From a virus: 64,000 nucleotides of DNA. The notes beneath the pieces are model-generated. The model had not been told where the DNA came from. It saw only the letters and a list, made by a program, of their open reading frames with translations, and did no database searches. Shown one piece after another: positions 37,201 to 46,472 of the stretch. The DNA lies in the IMG/VR virus record IMGVR_UViG_3300046522_000252, positions 2,984-66,983 of that record; one strand, given 5' to 3'. The translations under genes were made by a program, and so were the position numbers. Position 1 is the stretch's first letter, and each line of letters opens with the position of its first letter.

Positions 37201-37483
37201 TCCTGCCGTGCTTGGCGGCGATGTCTTCCGGGATGGTCTGCGTCGCGCCGCCGGGCAAATAGTAGGCAACACCAACGGCGCCTCCCTCTTTCTTCACGCC
37301 GCCAAAAAGCTCCGGCTTGTTGATGCTGATTCCGCCCTGGATGGTCTTCGTGCCCTCCCACGCGGTCTTTTCGTTGATGATAATCTCCGAAATATAATCG
37401 AGTGGGCCGTGGCAAATGCCGAAGTGCTCGGACATGTAATAGAGGTTCACCTCTTGCTTCGGCTTGTCGCTCTTACCGCCCAC
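34211..37483 (-). CDS. Tail tip / central fiber (host specificity) protein
   Basis: HFGICHGP, NPSHIIYDCLTN..WGMG, LKLIR motifs; GTG start. Confidence 0.8.
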   Translation of the reverse strand: MGGKSDKPKQEVNLYYMSEHFGICHGPLDYISEIIINEKTAWEGTKTIQGGISINKPELFGGVKKEGGAVGVAYYLPGGATQTIPEDIAAKHGRTTATMPAYRGIATAFFHDGQGQEGFYWSANSPYLPGVWIKAARASTHLGEDYARIYRSGKLRESRDVEDVGLDPANTGGWKLFDAYNSTIAHFSEDFSEIIIEDLRTGDVRATIPISYTPFWLYISPSQSELLVADNLGVLHTYDLLHGTFKGSVSGWGDPRLGGGDDSYLALSGSPTEFVVGGTTYLFFSLWYQIVCMSNDGGGWEYLWTGWDWGVLGTSSIVIAAGPTYLTIKFASGAVYRVSWTPTALGTDAVAVDFAGLLGWAVTSSDPLNSVTYDEGTDQWIFVGPNGHFAALNSDLTAVVSSDETGDWGGLSPRYAVQSRRLLDGPGTAAFFQYTGNVDTQSVWFYDVSSGNESQRLYLTEWEIEDSWQGEAAFSEQERAFVIFDSVSPGTTGAHVLLLPGEFDSNPSHIIYDCLTNTDWGMGAPGTAINIASFESAAAVLYDEDFGLSMIWTKQSTIESFISEVLDHIEAVLFVNPMDGLLTLKLIRDDYEVDDLPVFTPDNSVVTKFGRKLWGETINEIVVTWTNPRNEEEQTVIAQDNANIEAQGGIVSDGRNYYGVRVRGLAMKLAQRDLRAASTPLASGDMEVNREAWNLLPGDVIVLNSPEDGIDSIVMRVGPVDYGKPGDPTVKVQLVEDIFSLPLADYDIPPDTEWVPVSEEPSPADDTLVFTLPYYMVVNEVDPTVLALGVEYPEVFAGVLAAEGGQDTAEFELYNSGGSDLGTKTIVSRAELAAGIDAEIETELPTFPDRTQGNAPVLGGLILIEGTDETDVELCEITAADSLGYTVKRGVLDTVPRAWPSGTPVWFLDGNLENSDDTVRSEAEVVEYKVLTRTSLGLLAFGAAPTVTETLTARPHLPLRPADVKVNGDDGFSGVVDCDGVDPIPVTWANRNRLTEDAVILAWNSADVTPEDDQTTRIEVLDLAEAVLTTHDDLPGTSYDVPVASFAGETGGYIRVSSKRDGLISLQAHQIQVVVTTGYGYGYGLDYGGS

Positions 37484-37679
37484 GGGCGCGATTCCTTTCA
37501 CGCTTGTGCTCGATGACCTGGACGGCAAGGGCGTCGCCGGTCGCGAGTAATTCCTCTTCGGAGATGCCGTCTTTCAGGAAGGCGCGAAAATCGAACCCAT
37601 GCCGTTCGAACCACGTGCGGGCGCCGCGCGCGCAGTGGCCCGCCGCGCGGATGTCGGTGATCGTGATGCGGAGGCTCAC
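37473..37679 (-). CDS. Small tail assembly protein
   Basis: ITDIRAAGHCARGARTWF...FLKDGI. Confidence 0.65.
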   Translation of the reverse strand: MSLRITITDIRAAGHCARGARTWFERHGFDFRAFLKDGISEEELLATGDALAVQVIEHKRERNRARGR

Positions 37680-37903
37680 GCCGAGACCTTCTTGGTCTCT
37701 TTCAGCTTGTCGCCGTACCAAAGGACATTCAGCCCCTTGATCGTGATCGTGCCAAACACGACCGGGATCGGCCGCCCGGCGTCCGCCGATGGATTGTCTA
37801 GGTCTTTCGCTTCCGGTGGTTTTTGCTTCTTCGGCTTCGGCGCCAGCAGATAGGCGATGACATTGAAGATGATCGCCAGCAGGAGTGGAATGAACCAGGC
37901 CAT
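37676..37903 (-). CDS. Small tail assembly protein
   Basis: LLAPKPK...GRPIPVVFGT...NVLWYGD. Confidence 0.7.
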   Translation of the reverse strand: MAWFIPLLLAIIFNVIAYLLAPKPKKQKPPEAKDLDNPSADAGRPIPVVFGTITIKGLNVLWYGDKLKETKKVSA

Positions 37904-37915
37904 AGGTCTGAACCC

Positions 37916-38752
37916 TCAATAATAATTGTTGTGAATGCCGATGGGGTTTTTCGTCGGAATCCAGGGGCACCCGCCGAAGTTTTGGATGTTGTCGAAAAGG
38001 TCCTGGCAGTCGGTCATTTGGTGGTTGCAGCCAAGGCTGGCGGTCACGGTCTCTCCGGCCGTGAGGTCGCGGAGCAAGCCGCCAACGCGAAGCGCGTTGG
38101 TCGCCACCCGAAGGATTTTTCGCCGCTCGGTGCCGCCTGCGTCGTTGGTCCACTCGATCATGCCTTCGCGAAACTTCGTGGTGTCAAAGGCGCCGTTCCA
38201 CCCGTCGACCATTATGACTTGCGTGCCGGAAATGCTGGCGACTTCCGCCGTGACCGAGTGCGTTGCCTTGACCGCCTTGCAATGCGGGCCATAGAGCTGG
38301 TGCGGGCAACCGAGCTGATAGTGTCTGCGCAGGCCGGGGCGCCGGAGCGAGGACGAAATAGGTTCGCAGGAGACGACGCACTCTTCGCCCTCGCGGCCGA
38401 CCGAAAGGACACGCCCGGACCAGACGACAAGAAACTGAGGCGTCGGGGTGGTATCGGTTAGGTGGCCCTGGCGGATGATCAGCGCGACGACCTGCGCGGG
38501 CGGATAGACCCGGAACAATTCGGACAGCTCGACATCGCGCGGCATTCGGACCGCGAGCGCGGACTTGTCCAGGGTGCCCGATGCCGTCACAGCGTCACGC
38601 ATGATCGGTATAGGTTCGTAAGTGATACCGGCGTGGGTGATTTCTTGCTCGGCGTCGGTGTACGCGAAGTTGGCTGTTTCGCTGTAACGGAAGCGATAGA
38701 GCGTGACCGGCTCACCCTTCTGGCGGCTAGTTTCAAATGCTTGAAAGGTCAT
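37916..38752 (-). CDS. BR0599-type tail protein
   Basis: CPHQLYGPHC...GCNHQMTDC..F.NI.NFGG.PWIP. Confidence 0.8.
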   Translation of the reverse strand: MTFQAFETSRQKGEPVTLYRFRYSETANFAYTDAEQEITHAGITYEPIPIMRDAVTASGTLDKSALAVRMPRDVELSELFRVYPPAQVVALIIRQGHLTDTTPTPQFLVVWSGRVLSVGREGEECVVSCEPISSSLRRPGLRRHYQLGCPHQLYGPHCKAVKATHSVTAEVASISGTQVIMVDGWNGAFDTTKFREGMIEWTNDAGGTERRKILRVATNALRVGGLLRDLTAGETVTASLGCNHQMTDCQDLFDNIQNFGGCPWIPTKNPIGIHNNYY

Positions 38753-38806
38753 GATTAATCCCGTAAAGCCCACTTCGTTTCGGGCCGTTAACTGGAGGGC
38801 AGACAG

Positions 38807-39013
38807 ATGATTGAGCGTGACGCTGAGCTGTTGCGGATCACCCGCGAGTTCCTGAAAGGCTGCTCATGCGCGCCGCCGGGGCGGCCTTACGAGTGCTCGG
38901 ATTGCACCGAGGCTTTCGTGAAATATGCGATTGAGTCCGAGGTCCGGCACGGCGCCAAGGTCGGAAGTGGCGGCGGTGAGATTGACCACCTTTGCCTGCC
39001 GTTCATGCGTTAA
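38807..39013 (+). CDS. Small Cys-rich moron-like gene opposite the tail operon
   Basis: GGAGG RBS; CSC...CSDC. Confidence 0.55.
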   Translation: MIERDAELLRITREFLKGCSCAPPGRPYECSDCTEAFVKYAIESEVRHGAKVGSGGGEIDHLCLPFMR

Positions 39014-39193
39014 ACCACTGTTTCCCCACGCATTTTTGCGTTCGGCGCCGGTGCGAAAAAGTGGTGTGCCGCGCATTTGCCCGTGGAAGGCCGTGGACGC
39101 GCGTTCGCCTCTTCCCGGTATTTCCGGGCGGCTGAAGGCGCCGACGCATTTGTTCTCTTTCCGTTGCTATGAACAATCTGGCGGGACTGTTTA

Positions 39194-40384
39194 CTATTCC
39201 GCCGTAAGGTTCTCGATCATCTGGAGAGCCAGGCGCATTTCGGCGACGTCCTCGCGCGCCCAACTCGTGCTCAGGATGTCGGAGGAGAACCGCCAAACCG
39301 GCAGCCAGGACACCATGTCGATGTCGGCGACCGCGACGTTTTCACCCCATGCGGCGCTGATCGTGAGGGCGCTGTTGGTGCCGCCGGAAGGCGCGATGCT
39401 CGACACGGTGCGCAACAGCCAGGAGCCGTTTTTCTTCCTCACGCCGATAGCCTTGAACACGGTGTCGCCGCTGTAGGCTTGGGCGCCGGTGCCCTCGACG
39501 GTGATCGTCGTTCCGGCCGATGTCAGTGCAGCGAGCGGCACCAAATCCCGTTGCCACGTCGGCATGTAGAACTCACCGCGCCTGCCTTGCATCCGGTCGA
39601 AGAATTGCCGGATGGTGTCGGCGTGGTCGAAATCACAGCCGGTATAGTCGGCCTCCCACAACCGTGTTGCGAACTCGATGGGGAAGAACCGGCGGACCCG
39701 GCCGAAGCCAAAATCGACATCGGCGGCGGCGTCTTGCTTCCGGTTGAGAGAGATTTGGCGCCAGCGGTTGGGCCGGGTTAGGAACGCCTCGCGGGAGGCG
39801 AACGTCACCGGCGCCGTTCCGATGTCCTCCGGCGGTTCCTCGCCGGGATCGACTTCAAAGACGACGGACACATTGACGACACCACGCGGCGAGACCAGCG
39901 GCGCCGTGATGTTGGCATTGAGAAAACCATGGAGGGAGGGATGAAGGCGGGTGCCAGCGGGCCATGATGCCGCTTCGGTTTCGACAAACGTCACCGTCGT
40001 TCCGACGACGCTTTCGACGGTCCGGGCGGCAACGCGGGAGCCGGACACCAGGAGCAATTCAGCGTCGGCGACGATCCAGGACGGAACCGGGCTGATGACG
40101 ACCGTATCGACGGAGCCGCCGAGGCCGGAGGCCAGTCTGACGAATCGTACCCTATCCGGGATGGCGAGCTGTTCGCGCTGGGCCGTCTTCATGGACAGGT
40201 CAAAGTCGCGCAGGCAGTCGCCACCAACGCCGGTCAGATACTCGATGCGCTTGCGTGGCGTCTGACGCAGGGCGCGCCGTTGCTCTTTCCCGGACCGGGA
40301 CACGATGATGTCGGTTCGATACTCCCGCGCGACGACAAAAGCCTCACGACGGATGTTCGGCAGAAACGGCCAGACGGTTGCCAC
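39194..40384 (-). CDS. Distal tail-like protein
   Basis: SGKEQRRALR..P, FFDRMQGRRGEFYMPTW; follows the tape measure gene. Confidence 0.7.
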   Translation of the reverse strand: MATVWPFLPNIRREAFVVAREYRTDIIVSRSGKEQRRALRQTPRKRIEYLTGVGGDCLRDFDLSMKTAQREQLAIPDRVRFVRLASGLGGSVDTVVISPVPSWIVADAELLLVSGSRVAARTVESVVGTTVTFVETEAASWPAGTRLHPSLHGFLNANITAPLVSPRGVVNVSVVFEVDPGEEPPEDIGTAPVTFASREAFLTRPNRWRQISLNRKQDAAADVDFGFGRVRRFFPIEFATRLWEADYTGCDFDHADTIRQFFDRMQGRRGEFYMPTWQRDLVPLAALTSAGTTITVEGTGAQAYSGDTVFKAIGVRKKNGSWLLRTVSSIAPSGGTNSALTISAAWGENVAVADIDMVSWLPVWRFSSDILSTSWAREDVAEMRLALQMIENLTAE

Positions 40385-40387
40385 GGT

Positions 40388-43300
40388 TCACCCTTGCATG
40401 GCCGCCCGGAAGGCGGCGGGCTGTGATTTGATTGCGTTGAGGATGACCTTGGCGCCCGCTGGCTGGGCCATCGCTTCCGATAGGAACGAGGCGGCGTCAA
40501 AGCGGTTGATGACGGTCGTTCGCGCATCGACGTTCGGCGTGGCGGACTGCGCTTGCGGCCTGACGGCGATGCCGTTGATCCGAGGCAGCACAAAGCCGCC
40601 CTGCGCATAACCGCGCTTAGCTGCCGCGTGCATGGCGTCGAGGTGGCGGCGGCCGATCCGGCTTGTCGCCTTTTTCGAGAAGACATATTCCCCGCCGTGG
40701 ACGGTGCCCTTCGGCTCATTCGTGCCGCCGTCTCCGGTATAGCCGCCACCAGCGAAGCCGAGCCCGCTAAACAGCGCACCAAACAAGCCGCCTCCGGCCC
40801 CGGCGCCGGTCGTCGACGGAGTGAACAGGGATTTGAAAATCTGATCGAGGGCAATATCGAGCAGCCGGTCGGCAAGCTGAGACACGGCATTGTAGAGCGC
40901 TTCCGTCGCCGTCTTGCCATGCACCATGTCGGAAATGAACGACTTCATCGCGCCCTGGAAGGCGTAAGACGTGTCCTGCTGGAGCTGCTGGAGGTCTTCC
41001 TGCTTTTGCTTCAGCCGTTCGGCGGCCTGTTCGGCGGCATCATAGGCCGCCACCGTGCTATAGCGCGCGTTGGCTTCCGCCTCGATGGCGGCGCGCATTT
41101 CGTCAGTGACTGTGATGCCCGCCTTCTGCAATTCGAGGATTTTTTCGCGGACAATTCGCTCGCGCTCGCGCTGTGCATTCGTTGCGCCCAGCATCGTAGT
41201 TTCGGCGGCAATGGCTGCTGTTTCCTCACGGATGGAGGCGAGCACATCGTCATAGACCTTTTTCTGTTCGCGTTTCAGGGTGATGTCCTCGCGGACGCCT
41301 TCCGGCGCCCCGGACAGAAATTGCTCGGCCTCGCTGTTGCGGCGGGTGCGATTGACGCCACTGTTGTCGCTGCCAAGGCCGCGAATGGCGTTGTAAACGT
41401 CCTCGGTCGTGCCTTCCTTGACCGCTTTGATAATCCGATCCGGTAGCGAGCCGTAATTGTAGGCGATGCTGGTCAACACCGCCTGTTGATCAGCATTGAA
41501 TGAGGCAAATCGTTCCGCGCCGATGTCTCTCTTTACCCCCGGCATGAATTCCGTTTCGATACGGTGTTCCAGGTTGCTGGTAGCATTCGCAAGCGTGGTC
41601 GATATGCCTTCGGTGACTTTCTGAATGCTGCCGTCGTCAAGCGTAACGGTGCCCGATCCGAAGCCGACGCGATAGCCGCTGTTGACCCGCTCACCATTGC
41701 GCATTGTCCAATCTTTATAGGCGTTCGGCCTGAATTTCTCATAGCCCGCGATCAGATCGAATGCCTTCTTGGTGCTGGCCGACCGCGTTTCCGCCGTCTC
41801 GCGATTTTCCAACTGCCGCCGCGCCGATGCTGCGGCCTCGGCTTCGGTGATCGCCTTGCCCGCTTCCTTGGCGTCTTTCATGATCTTTTCAGTAAGCTCG
41901 GCGAGTTCCTTTTCTTTCGCCGTGCGCAATTCCAGCAGTTCGCGCTCGGTCAGGTATGCGGAGGCGGAACGCCTGCGCGTCTCCTCCTGCGCGCCCTCGC
42001 GCATAAAGCCGGGAGGCGTGTTTGCGCCCGGCATAGTAAAGCCCGCCGCCTTCGTCTGGAATTCGTCCATGGCGGTGATTGCCTTGGCGAACATATCCAG
42101 CACCGGCTGGAAAGCGCTGGCGATGGCCTGGAATTGGTAGTTCTCGCTCGCCAGCCTTTGCAGCGCCGCCTTGGCCTCGTCGGCGCCGGTTGTGCCCTCG
42201 GCCAATCCGTCCCGCAGGTCTTCAAGTTGCTGCAACTGTTCTGGCGAAACGGTCTTGCGATCTATCGAGCGCAGGGCGTGATCGAACAGCGCAACAACCT
42301 CGTCGCGCGCCTTTTTGACGGCGGCGCGGTAGCGGTCCAATTCGGCTGTATCCCCCAGCGCGGTAGAGGCGATTTGCGTAGCGCGAAATGTCTTGATGGT
42401 TTCGGCAAGCTCCTTATTCAGTTTAAGGACCGGCTCGCTGATTTCCGTTTTCGCCATTTCCTCAAGCGTGGCGAGCGCCGCTTCTGCCGATATATTGCTG
42501 TCGCGGAAGCCGTCAGCAAGATTGGCAATGGTCTCGCGCGCCGCCTTGTCGATATCCGATGTCGAAAATATGCCGACAAGGCCGCGCATTCCCTGCCGCG
42601 CCTTTTCGGCAATGGAGCCGAGTTCGTCCCCAAGGCTCCCGCCAGTGCCGCCGCCGCGCAAGCGTTCCAGTTCATCATTAAATTCTTTCAGTTGCCGCGC
42701 CTTGGCACCCTTAGAAAGTTTGTCGACGGACGCGGCAGCCTCGTCGACACCATCCGCCGCCTTCGGGGCAAGGAGGCCCATTTTTTCCAATTCGGCGTTA
42801 ACGCGCGCGGCTTGGGCGGCGGCCTTGTCCGCTTGCTGCTGGAAGGTGATCAGGGCTGCGGTTACAGCAAGCGCACCGAGGCCCGCCAATGCCCCAAGCG
42901 GCCCGGCGGCGGCGCCAAGGCTCGCCAACGCGCCGCCGGTGGACGCGGCGGCTATTTGCACCCCGCGCATCGCCCGGACAAAGTTATTCAGCGCGCCGAT
43001 CCCCAAGCCAATATTCTTGAGCATTATCCCAATCGAGCGACCAAGAAGCCCGGCAGCAAGGATGCTGGCGAAAGCAATGGCGATATCAGCGGTCGCGTCG
43101 AAATTATTTGCCAGCGCTTCCAGCCCGGCAATCAACCGCCGCGATGCGCCGAGGCTTTCGTCGGTCTGGCCGATGTATTTGGTGAAGGCGTTTTCGATCT
43201 TCTGGAACGCCTGCCCGAATGTCGTCGATGCCTGCGCTGCCTGCGATGCGAGCCCCTTCGATCCTTTCAAAAATCCCTCGAAAAAGGCTTTCGAGGTCAG

Positions 43301-43957
43301 TTCACCTGCAAGGACCATCTTGCGCAGCTTCGAGATGGAGCCGCCCGTCGAGTCAATACCAGCAGCGACCGCTTGCAGGATTGGCCGGGCGCCCTCCATG
43401 ATCGAATTGAATTCTTCCGCCCGGACGATGTCGCCACCGAGCGCTTGGCTCAATTGCAGCAACGCGCCGCTGGCCGACGCAGCGTCGGTCCCGGCGACCT
43501 TCAGGGCATCGCCGACGCCTTTGGTGAATTGAAAAAGCTGCTCCTGATTGGCGCCAAGCTCGTTTGCGGATTGGGAAAGGCGGGAAAACAGGGTGACTGT
43601 CGCGCCGAGATCGGCGCCCGCGCCCTGCGCGATATCGAACAGCCGGTCAAGCGTGCCCGCGAGCTGGTCCGCCGGAACGCCAGAGACTTTGAGGGCGTTA
43701 CCAGCCTGTTTCCAGGCATCGGCATATTTGATGACCTCCGCAACGCTGAACGCCGCCGCCACACCCGCCAACGGTGCAGCCAGGCCGCGCCCGAACCCGC
43801 TGCCGATGTTGTTGAGGCTCTGGTTCATCGTCTTGGCGCGTCGCTCGATGGCGGTAAATTCGCGGTTCGTCACGCCGCGTGCGCGGCCTATCGCCCGCTC
43901 ATAGGTCTTCACGTCCGCGCTAAGCTGGACGACCAGGCGCTCAAGATCGGTTGCCAT
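40388..43957 (-). CDS. Tape measure protein with internal lysozyme-like domain
   Basis: LLQLSQALGGDIVRAEEFNSI tape-measure motif; LIAGYEKF..AY.D..GFG..AYNYG..RRNSEAEQF. Confidence 0.9.
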   Translation of the reverse strand: MATDLERLVVQLSADVKTYERAIGRARGVTNREFTAIERRAKTMNQSLNNIGSGFGRGLAAPLAGVAAAFSVAEVIKYADAWKQAGNALKVSGVPADQLAGTLDRLFDIAQGAGADLGATVTLFSRLSQSANELGANQEQLFQFTKGVGDALKVAGTDAASASGALLQLSQALGGDIVRAEEFNSIMEGARPILQAVAAGIDSTGGSISKLRKMVLAGELTSKAFFEGFLKGSKGLASQAAQASTTFGQAFQKIENAFTKYIGQTDESLGASRRLIAGLEALANNFDATADIAIAFASILAAGLLGRSIGIMLKNIGLGIGALNNFVRAMRGVQIAAASTGGALASLGAAAGPLGALAGLGALAVTAALITFQQQADKAAAQAARVNAELEKMGLLAPKAADGVDEAAASVDKLSKGAKARQLKEFNDELERLRGGGTGGSLGDELGSIAEKARQGMRGLVGIFSTSDIDKAARETIANLADGFRDSNISAEAALATLEEMAKTEISEPVLKLNKELAETIKTFRATQIASTALGDTAELDRYRAAVKKARDEVVALFDHALRSIDRKTVSPEQLQQLEDLRDGLAEGTTGADEAKAALQRLASENYQFQAIASAFQPVLDMFAKAITAMDEFQTKAAGFTMPGANTPPGFMREGAQEETRRRSASAYLTERELLELRTAKEKELAELTEKIMKDAKEAGKAITEAEAAASARRQLENRETAETRSASTKKAFDLIAGYEKFRPNAYKDWTMRNGERVNSGYRVGFGSGTVTLDDGSIQKVTEGISTTLANATSNLEHRIETEFMPGVKRDIGAERFASFNADQQAVLTSIAYNYGSLPDRIIKAVKEGTTEDVYNAIRGLGSDNSGVNRTRRNSEAEQFLSGAPEGVREDITLKREQKKVYDDVLASIREETAAIAAETTMLGATNAQRERERIVREKILELQKAGITVTDEMRAAIEAEANARYSTVAAYDAAEQAAERLKQKQEDLQQLQQDTSYAFQGAMKSFISDMVHGKTATEALYNAVSQLADRLLDIALDQIFKSLFTPSTTGAGAGGGLFGALFSGLGFAGGGYTGDGGTNEPKGTVHGGEYVFSKKATSRIGRRHLDAMHAAAKRGYAQGGFVLPRINGIAVRPQAQSATPNVDARTTVINRFDAASFLSEAMAQPAGAKVILNAIKSQPAAFRAAMQG

Positions 43958-43972
43958 TCGGTGGGGAAATCC

Positions 43973-44129
43973 TCAGTGTTTGGTTTGCATCCAGTTCCAG
44001 AGGTCATCGGCCTCTGCTGGCGATAGTTCCTTGGCGGCGTCGGGATCATGCGCCTTGGCAAAACCGTCGCAGGCTTGGACGAATTGCCAGACGCTCATGC
44101 GGTCGATCTCGGAGGGCGTGAAGCCCATC
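43973..44129 (-). CDS. Tail chaperone C-terminal (T-like) segment reached by -1 frameshift
   Basis: MGFTPSEIDRMSVWQF...; frame is open back to the A9 run at 44209-44217. Confidence 0.7.
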
Positions 44130-44541
44130 ACTGCGCCCGTTCCGTAGACGGCTCCAAATCGAAATTTTCCATTTGGGAGGTCATCGAGCCGGTCGCCGTC
44201 GTCTCGTCTTTTTTTTTAACGTCGTCCTCATCCGGCGCGCCCATCAGGCCGACGTGCAGAATGGCAATCGCGGTTAGGAGGTTTTCAATCGGTGGGCGGC
44301 TTTCGACATAACCCCGCGTCAACTTCAAAGCCTTGGCGGGCTCAAGCCCGCCGCCGATCAAACCGAGGCGGATAACCGAAGAAATATCCTCGATCCGCCA
44401 CGTGTTGTTTTGCAGCCGGTCCAGGACGACGTAAGGCCCGGCGTCCGTGGCCTCCTGCAATTTGGCGAGTTCCCCCCAGGCCAGACGGAAAGTGTAATCC
44501 CCGTCTGCCCAGGTGAGGGTGATCGAAGCGTCGCGGCTCAC
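44128..44541 (-). CDS. Tail assembly chaperone (GTA gp10-like)
   Basis: TWADGDYTFRL..GEL..LQE...IRLGLIGGG. Confidence 0.8.
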   Translation of the reverse strand: MSRDASITLTWADGDYTFRLAWGELAKLQEATDAGPYVVLDRLQNNTWRIEDISSVIRLGLIGGGLEPAKALKLTRGYVESRPPIENLLTAIAILHVGLMGAPDEDDVKKKDETTATGSMTSQMENFDLEPSTERAQ

Positions 44542-44981
44542 GTGGTTTCCATGCTCCGAACGAGTTCACCGTCGCTCTGCATTTCGACGTTGTTGGTGAC
44601 TCGGCCACCTTGCTCGGCGCCGAGCGTCATCGAAGCGATGTGCATTTTGCCGGTGTAGACGTAAGTCACGAGCGGAAACTCGATTTCAACCTTGACGCTG
44701 ATCGAATCGACACTCTCATAAGCGGCCATCCAGTCAGGAGCGGATTCCGCCGCCATGACACCTTCGCCGGTGATTGAAGCCGTCAGACTTTCAACATCGC
44801 GGCCGACCCATGCCGGAGCATCCGGGTCGTCGCAATCCGGGAGGTTCACGTCGGTCAGGTTCTTGGACAGGACGAGTGACTTCGAAGTGAAGCCGCAAGG
44901 TGCGGTGAATTCTTCCGGGGAATCGCCGTCGCCGAGGAGAACCCGGAATTTCCCAAAGCGGGCAGTGGTAGGAGCGGCCAT
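44538..44981 (-). CDS. Major tail tube protein
   Basis: GDGDSPEEFTAPCGFTSKS...PDCDDPD. Confidence 0.85.
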   Translation of the reverse strand: MAAPTTARFGKFRVLLGDGDSPEEFTAPCGFTSKSLVLSKNLTDVNLPDCDDPDAPAWVGRDVESLTASITGEGVMAAESAPDWMAAYESVDSISVKVEIEFPLVTYVYTGKMHIASMTLGAEQGGRVTNNVEMQSDGELVRSMETT

Positions 44982-45067
44982 TGGTGGTTTTCCTTTCGTG
45001 GCAGCGGGAAGCACCCCGTCATTGCTGGCGGGGATCGGTGGATTTCTGGATCGGGGTTTGCGGTGGT

Positions 45068-45472
45068 TTACGGCGCTTCGACGAAGGCCGAGAAGGTCAT
45101 CGCGGCGTGCGATGTCAGCCCGTCAGGATCGCGGAAGAACCGCGTCTGACGGTGCTCGAAAGAAACAAGGGCATTGGTGGTCAGTTCGAAATCGTAGCCG
45201 TGGATCGACTCGCGAACCGCGTCGGCCAATTGCCGGACCTGTGGAAAGCCGACCGTGCGCGAAAAGCAGTCAATCTGAAACGCGATCTCGAAAGCCGTGA
45301 TGCAGTCGGCGTCGTCACTCGTCTCGTCGCTTGGGCCCAGCGCGGTATAGGGAAAGGTCGCGCCTTGCGGCACGCTGTCATAGACGCGGGCGCCGACGAT
45401 TGCGGCGGTCGCGTTGTCGGCTTTGAGGCGCTGGATGATGCGCGCCTGCAATTCGAGCGTCGGCGATGTCAT
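45068..45472 (-). CDS. DUF3168 tail terminator
   Basis: LQARI..RL...RVYDSVP...FPY...RDPDGLTSHA. Confidence 0.85.
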   Translation of the reverse strand: MTSPTLELQARIIQRLKADNATAAIVGARVYDSVPQGATFPYTALGPSDETSDDADCITAFEIAFQIDCFSRTVGFPQVRQLADAVRESIHGYDFELTTNALVSFEHRQTRFFRDPDGLTSHAAMTFSAFVEAP

Positions 45473-45888
45473 TGAGCGGCAACCTTTTGCGCGGCCTTAC
45501 GGGTGGCGGAGCTGATACGGCGCTTGGCCGATTTCTTGTGAGCGCGGTAGGAAACGAAGAAATATGGTTGCGCCGTTTGGTTGGCCGTGCCGAATTCCTG
45601 CCAGCGGGCATAAAACGCCTTGGCGTTGCCCGCATAGATCGTCAACGTCAATTCACCGCCGAGCCGGGCCTTGGCTTGAGCGACTATCCCGGCGCCTTTC
45701 GGCGCCTTGCCCCAGGTCCAGCCGATGCTATCGCGCAGGGCGCCGCTATCGACTGGAACAAGGTTTTTCATGGTCGCCACCATGTCGTTCGCGGCGGCTT
45801 CCATGGCCGTTTTGATTTCGACTTTCACCGCATGAGGCAGGAGGCTCAGCTTCCTATTGAGCTTTGCCAGGCCGAGGATTTTTGCCAT
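45469..45888 (-). CDS. HK97 gp10-family protein
   Basis: VPVDSGALRDSI...YARWQEFGT...AQPYF. Confidence 0.85.
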   Translation of the reverse strand: MAKILGLAKLNRKLSLLPHAVKVEIKTAMEAAANDMVATMKNLVPVDSGALRDSIGWTWGKAPKGAGIVAQAKARLGGELTLTIYAGNAKAFYARWQEFGTANQTAQPYFFVSYRAHKKSAKRRISSATRKAAQKVAAQ

Positions 45889-46079
45889 TACTCTTCGATG
45901 GGAAGCTCGACCGGCTCGGAATTTTTGCCCGTCTTTTTCACTCGGACAGCCGCACCAGCACTGACGGCGCGGTCAGCGCAGGCCGACTTGACGTTGAGGG
46001 TGCTACCCGCCTTGTAGGCGATAGTTACCTGCCTCGTCGGCTTCCAGTCAAAATTGCGTTTGAACCGTACCCAAGCCAT
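45888..46079 (-). CDS. Small virion-associated protein
   Basis: WVRFKRNFDWKP...AYKAG. Confidence 0.6.
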   Translation of the reverse strand: MAWVRFKRNFDWKPTRQVTIAYKAGSTLNVKSACADRAVSAGAAVRVKKTGKNSEPVELPIEE

Positions 46080-46091
46080 GCGCCTTCCCCT

Positions 46092-46472
46092 TTATGCCGC
46101 GACGCCGCGCTCGACCAGGACGTCGATCCACGCGCGATCCGGCGTTTCGGCAGTTGAACGAACCGCATAAATTGGGCCGCTCCAGACCGTCTCGTCGCTG
46201 TCGGTCCATGCCCCGTTCTGCAAATCGCGCATCCGCCATTCCGGCTCGATTTGCCGCGTCTCGGTCGTCGCGCGGACCCGCACAACAATCGGCTGCTTGC
46301 CCTCTAGCCGGGAGGCAATCACCGCCTCGGAGCCGCGCAGATAGGTGAACCCGGCGCGGCAGGCGAGCACCTGCGCGAATCCGCCCTCGACATTGCCGTA
46401 GCCATCGCTGGCCGCTTGGCGCTCGTCGAAGGCGACATATTCGTAAAGCTGGCCCGCGCTCCGCTTCGCCAT
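46092..46472 (-). CDS. Head-tail adaptor / head closure protein
   Basis: AGQL...F...DGYGN..G..LRGSEAV.A.RL. Confidence 0.8.
   Translation of the reverse strand: MAKRSAGQLYEYVAFDERQAASDGYGNVEGGFAQVLACRAGFTYLRGSEAVIASRLEGKQPIVVRVRATTETRQIEPEWRMRDLQNGAWTDSDETVWSGPIYAVRSTAETPDRAWIDVLVERGVAA

Noticed and set aside
41564-44026. Long plus-strand ORFs opposite structural genes (820 aa here; also 53578-55161 and 50584-51888)
   Set aside because: Antisense shadows of high-GC coding sequence with no recognisable motifs
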